IMG/VR virus record: IMGVR_UViG_3300027751_000013
Length of the DNA stretch: 64,000 nt
Direction: 5' to 3' (one strand)
DNA from: an uncultured virus (IMG/VR IMGVR_UViG_3300027751_000013)
Lineage: Duplodnaviria; Heunggongvirae; Uroviricota; Caudoviricetes
Shown: in pieces, positions 1 to 8,924 of the stretch
How positions within the stretch are numbered: position 1 is the stretch's first letter
How the letters are laid out: each line of letters starts with the position of its first letter
Program-made: the position numbers and the translations under genes
The notes under the pieces: model-generated
The model's database searches: none
What the model saw: only the letters and a program-made list of their open reading frames with translations
What the model was told of the DNA's origin: nothing

Positions 1-662
1 CAGACAAGAAAGCACCCAACTACCTTAAAAACTTAGATGCTCCTGCTCGTAATAAAGCAAAAGCTTATTCATTAGGTATTGCATACGGTATGGAAGCTTA
101 TGCTCTTAAAATGACTTTAGGTATTGATCAGAAGAAAGCTGAAGAATTAGTTCAAGGTTATTTAGATGGATTTCCTCAGCTTAAAGAATGGAGAGAGAAT
201 TCTAGACTTCAAGTCAAAGCTCACGGTTACATTAAAAACTATGTAGGACGAGTTAGACACTTACCTAAAGTTCAGAAGACTTATATGAAGTTTCAAGACC
301 GTATGATGGATTGGAGATTTAGAAAAGAGTTAGAAGCTAAATACGGTAAAGAAGTAGTAATACAAGCTTATAGAGATTACCGAAACGGACTTAATAACTG
401 CCTTAACTTCCAACTTCAATCATTAGCAGCTGCAGTAGTAAACCGTGCAGCGGTACAGATTAATAGAAAAGCTATAGAGTTAGGAATAGATGCTAAATGT
501 CAGGCACAGGTCCATGATCAACTTATTGTGAATGTATCAGAAAAAGATGCAGAAATGTTTGCACCTCATGTACAGCATATAATGGAAACTACGACTGTAC
601 TACCAGGAGTAACCCTAAAAGCACCACCAGAAATTGCAAATAACTGGGCGGATGGACATTAA
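1..662 (+). CDS. polA: Family A DNA polymerase, C-terminal part (5' end outside window)
   Basis: Frame open from position 3; motif B RNKAKAYSLGIAYG, NFQLQSLAA, motif C QVHDQL. Confidence 0.95.
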   Translation, partial: DKKAPNYLKNLDAPARNKAKAYSLGIAYGMEAYALKMTLGIDQKKAEELVQGYLDGFPQLKEWRENSRLQVKAHGYIKNYVGRVRHLPKVQKTYMKFQDRMMDWRFRKELEAKYGKEVVIQAYRDYRNGLNNCLNFQLQSLAAAVVNRAAVQINRKAIELGIDAKCQAQVHDQLIVNVSEKDAEMFAPHVQHIMETTTVLPGVTLKAPPEIANNWADGH

Positions 663-678
663 AAATTAAAATCAAGTA

Positions 679-685
679 TATTTAT
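679..685 (+). promoter_or_regulatory. Putative late-promoter core TATTTAT (representative copy)
   Basis: Same 7-mer shortly upstream of genes at 679, 3733, 7494, 8397, 12238, 13801, 24581, 27983, 33720, 41094, 55548, 59183, 61573, including baseplate-region and lysis genes. Confidence 0.55.
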
Positions 686-761
686 ATTAAAGAAGATTGA
701 CCCTAGAGCTTTCAACTTTTAAATTAACCGGAGATCTTAGGACTCCACAAATTACATCATT

Positions 762-1175
762 ATGAGTAACATTTTTTTACATGAACGAAATCCGTTCGAC
801 ATTTTAGTCCGCAATTTTTTGCAAACAGCCAATGGTTACGCACCACTAGCAGAATCCAAACTTCCTCACCCAGTAGACATTTACGAGACAGAGACACATC
901 TAGTGTTCGACATCGCTTGTACAGGAGTTTCTCAAGAAGAGCTCGAGGTACAGACTCAAAATAATACATTACGGGTAAATTACAATAAAGTAGATAAAGA
1001 CGACGAGGCAAAATATATCCACAGAGGTATAGCCAAACGTTCGTTTAATTTAGGATGGAAAATCGATAGTAAATTTGATTTAAGTAAAGCTGATGCTGAA
1101 TTTAAATACGGATTACTAAAGATTGCAATTCCATACGCTAAAGGGTCAGAAGTAAAGACTCTTAAAATAAAATAG
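762..1175 (+). CDS. Hsp20/alpha-crystallin small heat-shock protein
   Basis: PVDIYET, YIHRGIAKRSF, AEFKYGLLKIAIP. Confidence 0.95.
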   Translation: MSNIFLHERNPFDILVRNFLQTANGYAPLAESKLPHPVDIYETETHLVFDIACTGVSQEELEVQTQNNTLRVNYNKVDKDDEAKYIHRGIAKRSFNLGWKIDSKFDLSKADAEFKYGLLKIAIPYAKGSEVKTLKIK

Positions 1176-1228
1176 ATTAATTCCGCTCTAGGGTTTGATC
1201 TTTAAATAAATCTTCATATATTAATATA

Positions 1229-1423
1229 ATGAACAAAGAGGTTATAGAAGTTCGAGGAAACTTGTATCAAGTAGTTAGAAAAATTAAAGAGTCTCAAGTT
1301 AACGGTAACGTAGACGGATTAAAGGCTTGGAGAGAACTTCTTCACTGTGATACAATGTTTAACTCGAATGGAGTATACTACCTAGTAAAAGAAATAACAG
1401 ACGTAAATATAAACAATGAGTAA
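1229..1423 (+). CDS. Hypothetical protein
   Basis: 64-aa ORF overlapping the groES start. Confidence 0.7.
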   Translation: MNKEVIEVRGNLYQVVRKIKESQVNGNVDGLKAWRELLHCDTMFNSNGVYYLVKEITDVNINNE

Positions 1424-1724
1424 AAAGTTACAACCAACAAACGACAGAATCCTCATCAAACCTATTGATGAAGGAGAACAGACTTACGGTTCAATCGTAA
1501 TTCCAGATTTAGGAAAAGAGAAACCAGAAATGGGAGAAGTATTAGCAGTAGGTCCAGGGCGTCAGTCGGAACTTGACCCTTCTAAACTTATTACAGTTAG
1601 ATCCTGTAAAGTAGGAGATGTAGTCCTTGTACCTAAAATCGGAACATTAAGAATTGATTTCGAAGGTGAAGAGTATTATATCGCACAAGATAGAGAAATT
1701 TTAGCAGTTGTAAAAGAAGCATAG
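1416..1724 (+). CDS. groES: Co-chaperonin GroES
   Basis: LQPTNDRILIK, GSIVIPD..KEKP..GEVLAVGPG, KVGDVV, EILAVV. Confidence 0.97.
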   Translation: MSKKLQPTNDRILIKPIDEGEQTYGSIVIPDLGKEKPEMGEVLAVGPGRQSELDPSKLITVRSCKVGDVVLVPKIGTLRIDFEGEEYYIAQDREILAVVKEA

Positions 1725-1726
1725 AT

Positions 1727-3373
1727 ATGAGTAAGAAAATTACATTTTCAAATGACGCTAGAAATAAACTAGCTGACGGAGTAGATAAATTAGCAAATGC
1801 AGTTACAGCAACATTAGGTCCATCAGGCCGTAATGTTATCATCGAACAAGATATGGGTAATCCAGTATCTACGAAAGATGGTGTAACAGTAGCTAAATCT
1901 ATTGTACTAAAAGATAAAGTAGAGAATTTAGGAGCACAGATTGTTAAACAAGCTTCTATTAAGACGGCAGAACAGGCAGGTGATGGTACAACAACATCTA
2001 CCTTACTTGCACAAACTATTCTTAATGACGGTATTGATTCTTTAGATGCAGGATCAAATGCAGTAGACGTTAAGAGAGGTATTGATAAAGCAGTAAAAGA
2101 AGTAGTTAAGTTTTTAGAAACTGATTACTCAAAAGAAATAACGGATGAAGAACAGCTAAAACAAGTCGCTACAATTTCAGCCAACAACGATACAGAAGTT
2201 GGAGAATTGATCTCTACTGCTATGGATAAAGTAGGAAGAGATGGTGTTGTTACAATCGAAGAATCCAAAACAGGAGAAACATATCTCGAAACAGTCGAAG
2301 GTATGCAATTCAATCGCGGTTATAAGTCTCCATACTTCGTTACGGATAACTCTACCATGACTGCTGTTCTTCAAAAACCGTTGATTTTAATTACCGACAA
2401 GAGGTTAAATGCAATCAAAGAGTTACTTCCAATCCTAGAAAGTGTCTCACAGCAGAACAGATCTTTATTAATAATTGCTGAAGACCTAGATGGAGAAGCT
2501 TTATCGACACTAGTAGTTAACAAAATGAGAGGAATCTTATCTGTAGCTGCAGTTAAAGCTCCTGACTTTGGAGATAGAAGAAAAGCAGTCCTAGAAGATA
2601 TCGCAATCTTAACCGGGGGTCAAGTAATCTCATCAGAGAAAGGAATGAGATTTGAGAAGTTTGACACTAATTGGTTAGGTTCAGCTAATAAAGTTACAGT
2701 AGGTAAAGATACTACTACCATCATTGACGCTAAAGGAGATGAAGAGAAGATTACCCAAAGAGTAGAAGAGATTAAAAATCAAATTGATGATACTAAATCT
2801 CCATACGAAAAAGAAAATCTTCAAGATAGATTAGCTAAATTCATCGGCGGTATTGCAATCGTTCACGTAGGAGGAATGACAGAAGTAGAGATGAAAGAGA
2901 AGAAAGATAGAGTTGACGATGCACTACATGCAACCAAAGCAGCTTTAGAAGAAGGAATCTTACCTGGAGGAGGAATTGCATTACTAAATGCAGCCACAAT
3001 GCTAGAAAGTAGATTAGACTCAATTGAATCTAAAGATGAATACAAAGGATATCAAATTGTATTGAATGCATGCGAAGCTCCTTTCAGAAAAATCTTATTA
3101 AACGCAGGTTTTACTTCAGATAAGATAGGAGAAATTGATACAGAGTTACAAAACTCTAAAGATAAATGGTTAGGTTTTAACCCAAGAGCTGACAAAACAG
3201 TTAATATGTTTGAAGCAGGAATTATTGATCCAACCAAAGTTACAAGATTAGCACTAGAAAATGCAGCATCGGTTGCTGGTACGATGTTGATTACAGAGGC
3301 AGTAGTCTCTAACTTACCAGAGAAAAACAAAAAAGAAAGTAATGGTATGGATCCAAACATGCTATTAGGATAA
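1727..3373 (+). CDS. groEL: Chaperonin GroEL
   Basis: [48 protein letters not shown]; 548 aa. Confidence 0.99.
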   Translation: MSKKITFSNDARNKLADGVDKLANAVTATLGPSGRNVIIEQDMGNPVSTKDGVTVAKSIVLKDKVENLGAQIVKQASIKTAEQAGDGTTTSTLLAQTILNDGIDSLDAGSNAVDVKRGIDKAVKEVVKFLETDYSKEITDEEQLKQVATISANNDTEVGELISTAMDKVGRDGVVTIEESKTGETYLETVEGMQFNRGYKSPYFVTDNSTMTAVLQKPLILITDKRLNAIKELLPILESVSQQNRSLLIIAEDLDGEALSTLVVNKMRGILSVAAVKAPDFGDRRKAVLEDIAILTGGQVISSEKGMRFEKFDTNWLGSANKVTVGKDTTTIIDAKGDEEKITQRVEEIKNQIDDTKSPYEKENLQDRLAKFIGGIAIVHVGGMTEVEMKEKKDRVDDALHATKAALEEGILPGGGIALLNAATMLESRLDSIESKDEYKGYQIVLNACEAPFRKILLNAGFTSDKIGEIDTELQNSKDKWLGFNPRADKTVNMFEAGIIDPTKVTRLALENAASVAGTMLITEAVVSNLPEKNKKESNGMDPNMLLG

Positions 3374-3395
3374 ATTAAATTTTAAAATTAAGATT

Positions 3396-3566
3396 ATGTC
3401 AAAAAAACAAGAATTATTCGAAGCAATTGAAGCTAACTTTACAGAGTTAGCAGAAAACAATGCAGGAACTACTAAAGCATCTCAACAGAGAGCTCGTAAG
3501 GCAGCAGGAGAGATCAAGAAATTGATTACCGACTACCGTAAAGCTTCCGTAGAAGAGTCTAAGTAA
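3396..3566 (+). CDS. Histone H1-like Hc1-family small DNA-binding protein (56 aa, not in ORF track)
   Basis: MSKKQELFEAIEANFTELAENNAGTTKASQQRARKAAGEIKKLITDYRKASVEESK; KA...RARK...E..KL...RK.S pattern as in Bacteroidota Hc1-like proteins. Confidence 0.8.
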   Translation: MSKKQELFEAIEANFTELAENNAGTTKASQQRARKAAGEIKKLITDYRKASVEESK

Positions 3567-3576
3567 TCCGAGGGGC

Positions 3577-3624
3577 GGGGGCGTTTCTCTCTCCCGCACC
3601 GAAGGTGCCACGCGCATTTTTAAC
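3577..3624 (+). repeat. GC-rich structured element, copy 1
   Basis: GGCGTTTCTCTCTCCC-GCACC-GAA-GGTGC-CACGCGCATTTT; related copies at 52293 and 53594. Confidence 0.85.
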
Positions 3625-3625
3625 T

Positions 3626-3654
3626 AACCCTACCCTCAACCGGTGGGGTTTTTT
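3626..3654 (+). terminator. Intrinsic terminator
   Basis: AACCCTACC/GGTGGGGTT stem followed by T-run. Confidence 0.75.
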
Positions 3655-3764
3655 ATTGCCATATAGTTGCCATCCTGCTAAAATTGTGTTATCTTAGTTT
3701 AAGAGAAGTTCAAGAGAAGTTCAATTTTGGACTATTTATTAACATAACCCCTAAACACCGGCAT

Positions 3765-4070
3765 ATGAAAAAGATCTTATTTGCATTAGCAATGCTTGTA
3801 TCTGCCATAGGACTTGCACAGGAAAAGACCTATAAAGTAGTAAATGAAAATACCGTAGCAGTCACCATTAAATTTGATGGAGCACCGACACAAAAAGGTA
3901 TCTATACAAAGGTAGATGGAGTGTTTAAACCCCACGGTATATGGACACAATATGACGAGAATAATCGCGTTACCCTGCGGGTGATGTATCTGGAAGGTAA
4001 AAAAGTCTGGGTCGAGAAAGATTTTGGTGCAACACAGGTTGTAATAAATTATAAAGAAGGGGCTATTTAG
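3765..4070 (+). CDS. Secreted protein with a MORN-like motif (start revised to ATG 3765)
   Basis: Signal peptide MKKILFALAMLVSAIGLAQ; PHGIWTQYDEN..Y.EGKK. Confidence 0.7.
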   Translation: MKKILFALAMLVSAIGLAQEKTYKVVNENTVAVTIKFDGAPTQKGIYTKVDGVFKPHGIWTQYDENNRVTLRVMYLEGKKVWVEKDFGATQVVINYKEGAI

Positions 4071-4083
4071 CCTCTTTTTTTTT
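4057..4083 (+). terminator. Intrinsic terminator
   Basis: AAGGGGCT-ATTT-AGCCTCTT followed by long T-run. Confidence 0.8.
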
Positions 4084-4173
4084 GTTTAGAAGAAAAGATT
4101 TCTTATATTTATTAATATGCAAGACTTTATATTTTTCGAGGAATCGTGGAATGATAACCAAAACATAAATCAA

Positions 4174-4293
4174 ATGAGTTCTAAATTTTTTGGCAACAGC
4201 CTAACACCCAGTACAAGTAAAAGTAAAGTTAAAAACAGCAAAGGAAAAAATGTTGTTAAACAAGTTGTAAAAAAAGCCGGAAGAGGTAAATAA
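4174..4293 (+). CDS. Small basic protein (39 aa, not in track)
   Basis: MSSKFFGNSLTPSTSKSKVKNSKGKNVVKQVVKKAGRGK; stop abuts apt start. Confidence 0.55.
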   Translation: MSSKFFGNSLTPSTSKSKVKNSKGKNVVKQVVKKAGRGK

Positions 4294-4785
4294 ATGGATT
4301 TTAAAAGTTATATCAAAGAGGTTCCAAACTTTCCTAAAGAAGGTATTTTATACCGAGACATCCAACCCCTATTACAAGATTCAGTAGCATTCTATGATGC
4401 AATATATGCGATGGGAGAACTCATTGATATGGATAAAGTAGATTACTTTGTTGGAATCGAATCAAGAGGATTTATATTTGCAGCTGCTTTAGCAGCAATC
4501 AACCTGAAAGGATTTAAAATGATTCGTAAAGCAGGTAAACTTCCCGATAGAGGAGCAGCCCTATGTAGAACTGAATATGATCTTGAATACGGTTCAGATA
4601 TAATTGAAATGGAAAGCGGCTGGGGTAATGTTGTCTTAGTAGATGATGTTTACGCTACAGGAGGGACAATGAAAGCAGCAGAAGAACTAGCAGATTTTGC
4701 CGGATATCAAGTAATCGATTCTCTATGTTTATTGGATATAGGAATCGTAAAAGACCATAAAACAAAATGCGTAATATCTTATTAG
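4294..4785 (+). CDS. apt: Adenine phosphoribosyltransferase
   Basis: VPNFPKEGILYRDI, GIESRGFIF, RKAGKLP, YDLEYG, PRPP motif VVLVDDVYATGGT. Confidence 0.95.
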   Translation: MDFKSYIKEVPNFPKEGILYRDIQPLLQDSVAFYDAIYAMGELIDMDKVDYFVGIESRGFIFAAALAAINLKGFKMIRKAGKLPDRGAALCRTEYDLEYGSDIIEMESGWGNVVLVDDVYATGGTMKAAEELADFAGYQVIDSLCLLDIGIVKDHKTKCVISY

Positions 4786-5321
4786 TATCAGCAACCAAAC
4801 TCGAACATCATGATAGAGAGTTATTTGGTATTCCAATTCATATTATAGGAGTTGGAAAAGTAGAAGCAGCTTTAAATACAAAAAAGCTTATAGAGAATCA
4901 TAAACTGGCCCACGGTGGTGGAAAACCTTCCCGTGTAATTAATTTCGGTTCTTGCGGTAATCTTAAAAATCATAAAAGAGGTGAAGTTCTAGAAATAGGA
5001 ACCGTATATGATGACTTCTATGGATGTGTAGTTCCTGAACACGACCCTATAGAGATTACAAATTCACCTTACAAACTTTTCACTACAGATACTTTCTATG
5101 ATACATCAGAAGTCTACAGTAAAAGTTATGTAGAAAATATAAAAAAATGTGATGTTGTAGATATGGAAGGATATTCCATAGCAAAAGTTTGTCAGAACGA
5201 AAGAATTTCCTTATCTTTGTATAAGTGGGTTAGTGATGATGGCTCAACAGAAGACTGGCAAGCAAACGCAGCAGCAGGTTATAACAACTTTAAAAAGTTA
5301 TTCAAAGAAAAGTATTTATGA
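4767..5321 (+). CDS. PNP/UDP-family nucleosidase (MTA/SAH nucleosidase-like)
   Basis: GVGKVEAA, INFGSCG, TTDTF, VVDMEGYSIAKVC, KWVSD. Confidence 0.85.
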   Translation: MRNILLVSATKLEHHDRELFGIPIHIIGVGKVEAALNTKKLIENHKLAHGGGKPSRVINFGSCGNLKNHKRGEVLEIGTVYDDFYGCVVPEHDPIEITNSPYKLFTTDTFYDTSEVYSKSYVENIKKCDVVDMEGYSIAKVCQNERISLSLYKWVSDDGSTEDWQANAAAGYNNFKKLFKEKYL

Positions 5322-6274
5322 AAATTAGAACAGCAGAATTCGTATCACCAAGACACCCAGACAAATTATGTGATGGAGTATCAGACGCAATCTTAGACGC
5401 TTATTTAGCCGGTGATCCAGATTCTAGATGTGCAATCGAAACCATGGGAGGTCATGGTAAAGTATTTATTACAGGAGAGGTTACATCTAAAACTAAAGTA
5501 AATGACTCTACTATTAAAGCTTATGTAGCTAACCTAACAGGTATCACAGACGTAACTATTAACCTAGTTATTCAATCACCAGAAATAGCCCAAGGGGTAG
5601 ATACCGGAGGAGCTGGTGATCAGGGTATTATGATAGGTTATGCTTGTAACGATAACAACGAACAGGTACCTCAAGAGTACTACCTTGCTAGAAAATTAAA
5701 CAGAGAGATATACAGAAAGTATCCATTCGATGGAAAGACACAAGTTACATTAAGCGGTAAGAGTGTTAGGGTTGTAGCGTCATTTCAAAATGCTCCAAAA
5801 GCAGACTTAGAAACTATGTGTACAGATTTTTTCAAAAGAGAAAAATACACAATTAAAGAACTTCACTGTAATCCAGCCGGAGATTGGAAACAAGGAGGTT
5901 TTGATGCAGATGCAGGAGTTACTGGAAGAAAATTAGCCGTTGATAATTACGGACCTAGAGTGCCAATCGGAGGAGGAGCTTTCTCAGGTAAAGATGCAAC
6001 TAAAGTAGATAGATCGGCAGCCTATATGGCAAGACGTGTTGCTGTAGACTACCTCAAAAAGTATAAAGCAAGTGAAGTTATCGTTCAGCTATCTTATGCT
6101 ATTGGGTATGATCAACCTTTACAGGCATTAGCACAGGTAGACGGTAAAGATATACAAATTAAAGATTACGATTTATCTCCAAAAGGAATCATAGAGTTTC
6201 TAGATTTAAAGAAACCAATGTTCTTTGAAACTTCAAAATGGGGAGCGATGGGTAACAATTTTAACTGGAAATAA
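5318..6274 (+). CDS. metK: S-adenosylmethionine synthetase
   Basis: EFVSPRHPDKLCD, GAGDQG, DGKTQV, GGFDADAGVTGRK, GGGAFSGKDATKVDRSAAY. Confidence 0.97.
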   Translation: MKIRTAEFVSPRHPDKLCDGVSDAILDAYLAGDPDSRCAIETMGGHGKVFITGEVTSKTKVNDSTIKAYVANLTGITDVTINLVIQSPEIAQGVDTGGAGDQGIMIGYACNDNNEQVPQEYYLARKLNREIYRKYPFDGKTQVTLSGKSVRVVASFQNAPKADLETMCTDFFKREKYTIKELHCNPAGDWKQGGFDADAGVTGRKLAVDNYGPRVPIGGGAFSGKDATKVDRSAAYMARRVAVDYLKKYKASEVIVQLSYAIGYDQPLQALAQVDGKDIQIKDYDLSPKGIIEFLDLKKPMFFETSKWGAMGNNFNWK

Positions 6275-6288
6275 ATAAAATAAATGTT

Positions 6289-6555
6289 ATGAGTGATTCA
6301 ATTAAAAAGTACGAAGAGTTAGTAGAAGAAGGTAGAATATCAACCACTGGTCCAAAAACAACCTATATCTATGAATCTCCAGATAAAGGAGAAACTGTCA
6401 CTAGAAGACCTTTTCTAGGTGACATCTCAGATAGAGAGCTAATTAAAAAACCTATCTTAAGTGAAGGAGATAAAAAACTAGCTTACAATATTTTAATTGA
6501 ATACTCAGAAGCATCTATATTAGAAGCAGCTAGAATTTTACAGAGTGGAAGATAA
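6289..6555 (+). CDS. Hypothetical protein
   Basis: 88-aa ORF with YIYESPDKGETV motif. Confidence 0.7.
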   Translation: MSDSIKKYEELVEEGRISTTGPKTTYIYESPDKGETVTRRPFLGDISDRELIKKPILSEGDKKLAYNILIEYSEASILEAARILQSGR

Positions 6556-6982
6556 AATTTGGTACAGTATTGAAAATAGAATGCCGTACGGGGAGGTAAA
6601 AGGAGTCGTACAGGTAACCAATTCTAATTCTTTCAAATTTATTAAGGAAATACAAGAAAGTATAGAAGCTTTCAATAGAGAAATAGAATGGGATCAAATG
6701 TGGGATTTAAAAGAAACCCAAAAACGGTTCTCTAATAATGAAGTTTTATTTTTACTTCGTGATAAAAAAGGAGCTTTAGGGCATGTATGGTTTGATGAAG
6801 ACTATCTTTATAATATGTTTGTTAGTGATAGAAGAGAAGCTGGGATGCCAGTAAAATTTATCCTACATTGCTTCAACTATACACCGTATAAAGAAATCAG
6901 ACTTTATTGTGATAAGTGGAACTATAGGGCACAGAAATTCTTTGAAAAAGTTGGAGCTAAAGAAATTTCTTCTTATCTTTAA
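6545..6982 (+). CDS. GNAT-family acetyltransferase
   Basis: LYNMFVSDRRE.G and WNYRAQKFFEKVG (motifs A and B). Confidence 0.7.
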   Translation: MEDKIWYSIENRMPYGEVKGVVQVTNSNSFKFIKEIQESIEAFNREIEWDQMWDLKETQKRFSNNEVLFLLRDKKGALGHVWFDEDYLYNMFVSDRREAGMPVKFILHCFNYTPYKEIRLYCDKWNYRAQKFFEKVGAKEISSYL

Positions 6983-6984
6983 GT

Positions 6985-7491
6985 ATGAATATAAATCTAC
7001 CCTATAGTCCGACTACTAGTCTAGAAGAATTAGAAGATCACCTAACTACTAACTACTTCAAAAAACCTTACGATAGGTTTATGTGGTGGAGAAGTTATAC
7101 GTTAAAGAATAAACCTCTTACTTCTAGACATCCATTTAAGGATAGAATACTTAACGGTGATTTCGATATAGGTTCGTTTAAGTATGAAGCCCAAGTTGTA
7201 GAACATAGAATGAACGACAAATGGAGAGAGCTTTATAGGGATACCGGAAGGTATGTAGAAGAGACTTCTTTAGATAGAGCTAGACGTAAAAGACTATTAG
7301 AAGACTTTGAAAAGGACGAAGCTAATAAACTTCAGGAACTTGAAAGAGGATTCTTACAGACGTTTAAACTTACTAAGGAACAGTACGAAGAAGAGGTAAT
7401 GAATACCGACTTAGAGCTAATAGAATTATACTTTTATATTGAAGAAAAATACGGGACATATTGGAAACCCGCTAAGATTCCTTTAAAATAG
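6985..7491 (+). CDS. Hypothetical protein
   Basis: 168-aa ORF behind promoter motif at 6949. Confidence 0.7.
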   Translation: MNINLPYSPTTSLEELEDHLTTNYFKKPYDRFMWWRSYTLKNKPLTSRHPFKDRILNGDFDIGSFKYEAQVVEHRMNDKWRELYRDTGRYVEETSLDRARRKRLLEDFEKDEANKLQELERGFLQTFKLTKEQYEEEVMNTDLELIELYFYIEEKYGTYWKPAKIPLK

Positions 7492-7521
7492 TATATTTAT
7501 AATAAATACAAATAATCATTT

Positions 7522-7824
7522 ATGAAAACAATTGGAATAATCCTTTTAATTTTAGTAGTAGTTGCCGGTGGTATTTTCGTAGCAACAAAATTCTTCAAAA
7601 AATTTAAAGACGAAGATAATGACGGTATTCCTGATGCTGTAGAGGATGCAGTAGAAGACGGGAAAGAAATCATTCAAGATGTTAAAGAAAGAGCAAAAAG
7701 AGTTAAAGAAGAACTCGGAGATGTTAAAGATGCAGCTAAAGAGGTAATCAATCAGGCTGGAGATGTAGTAGACGCTGCAAAGAAAAAACCAAGAAGAGGA
7801 AGAAAACCAAAACAAACCAAATAA
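7522..7824 (+). CDS. Membrane-anchored coiled-coil protein
   Basis: N-terminal TM helix, DEDNDGIPD motif, basic tail. Confidence 0.7.
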   Translation: MKTIGIILLILVVVAGGIFVATKFFKKFKDEDNDGIPDAVEDAVEDGKEIIQDVKERAKRVKEELGDVKDAAKEVINQAGDVVDAAKKKPRRGRKPKQTK

Positions 7825-7825
7825 T

Positions 7826-8050
7826 ATGAAATTTATTTTAATCGCCGTAGCTTTAGCAGCAGCAGCATTTTTTATTGCAAAGAAACTTAAAGCTAAAAAA
7901 GAAGAAGTAGTAGCGCCTGCTAAAAAGGTAACACCAAAAGCACCTACTAAAAAGAAAACTAACACTGTTAAACCAGCAGGAGGAGCATCTTTATCAGAAT
8001 CAAATTCTAATGGAGATTATTATAGAAAGCCACGTAAGGCAAAGAAATAA
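7826..8050 (+). CDS. Membrane-anchored Lys/Pro-rich protein
   Basis: Hydrophobic N-terminus followed by basic low-complexity region. Confidence 0.6.
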   Translation: MKFILIAVALAAAAFFIAKKLKAKKEEVVAPAKKVTPKAPTKKKTNTVKPAGGASLSESNSNGDYYRKPRKAKK

Positions 8051-8055
8051 TTAAT

Positions 8056-8283
8056 ATGCAACAAAATTTAAATGTCGACATCAATCAAACGACAGGGGTT
8101 ACATGTGACGAGTGCGGAAACGGATATTTCGAACAACAGCTCGTACTTAGAAAAGCATCAGGACTCCTTACAGGAACAGGTCAACCGGCCTACATCCCAA
8201 TACCCGTTTTCGCTTGTACAAAATGCGGATCCGTCAACGGAGAGTTCTTACCAAAGGAAATTAAAAGCCTCGATGGGAAATAA
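8056..8283 (+). CDS. Zinc-ribbon protein
   Basis: CDEC...CTKC. Confidence 0.75.
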   Translation: MQQNLNVDINQTTGVTCDECGNGYFEQQLVLRKASGLLTGTGQPAYIPIPVFACTKCGSVNGEFLPKEIKSLDGK

Positions 8284-8339
8284 TTACTCCGGATTACAGG
8301 AGGATATATACAATACGGAGGACGATCTCTAGTAATAGA

Positions 8340-8378
8340 TTTCGTTGTAGGAAGCGAGAGGGGGTGTAGGAACCCCCT
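8340..8378 (+). other. Tandem hairpins with identical GTAGGA loops
   Basis: TTTCGTT-GTAGGA-AGCGAGA then AGGGGGT-GTAGGA-ACCCCCT. Confidence 0.6.
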
Positions 8379-8426
8379 TCCGCGTACAAAAAAGACTATT
8401 TATATAAAAGGAATGTTACACTTAAA

Positions 8427-8690
8427 ATGTTATTTATGTTAAATTATTTAAAACGTAAATGGATGGCTTTTAGAGATATGTTTAAGGATGAAAACGACAT
8501 CAACGAAAAAAACGTAGTAGGTTTTGCATCATTTGCAGTGATGGTTGTATTTGCAATTGCAGATATAGTCTCAGGATTTCTGGGTAAAGATTTAGTAGTA
8601 AACGAATTTATTTATAATTCATTTGTCATAATTACTTTAGGATCATTTGGTATCGCTGAAGCAGGTAAGATATTTGGAAAAAAAGAATAA
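8427..8690 (+). CDS. Two-TM small membrane protein, holin candidate
   Basis: Two hydrophobic segments, charged C-terminus, upstream of endolysin-like gene. Confidence 0.5.
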   Translation: MLFMLNYLKRKWMAFRDMFKDENDINEKNVVGFASFAVMVVFAIADIVSGFLGKDLVVNEFIYNSFVIITLGSFGIAEAGKIFGKKE

Positions 8691-8703
8691 ACAGTAACTA
8701 CTA

Positions 8704-8910
8704 TTGAAAGACAGGATTGTAAATATACTAGCAATAGGTATTCTAATACTATTAGGTTTTATAGTAGTAGGAGATTTTGCAGTTGCATTAGAGGAAAATA
8801 GACCTATTGATGATTCTGTAATACACCTATTACAAATAACAATTACAGGACTTATAGGAATAATAGGAACATACTTCGGTATGAATAATAGTAATAATAA
8901 TAAAAATTAA
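8704..8910 (+). CDS. Two-TM small membrane protein, holin/antiholin candidate
   Basis: Two TM helices ending IGIIGTYFG; TTG start. Confidence 0.5.
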   Translation: MKDRIVNILAIGILILLGFIVVGDFAVALEENRPIDDSVIHLLQITITGLIGIIGTYFGMNNSNNNKN

Positions 8911-8924
8911 AAAAAAGAAAGATT

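Noticed and set aside
3577..3624. HDV-like/theta ribozyme or hammerhead
   Set aside because: Pseudoknot-like order is similar, but I find no P3/L3 and no CUGAnGA/GAAA core; kept as unknown element
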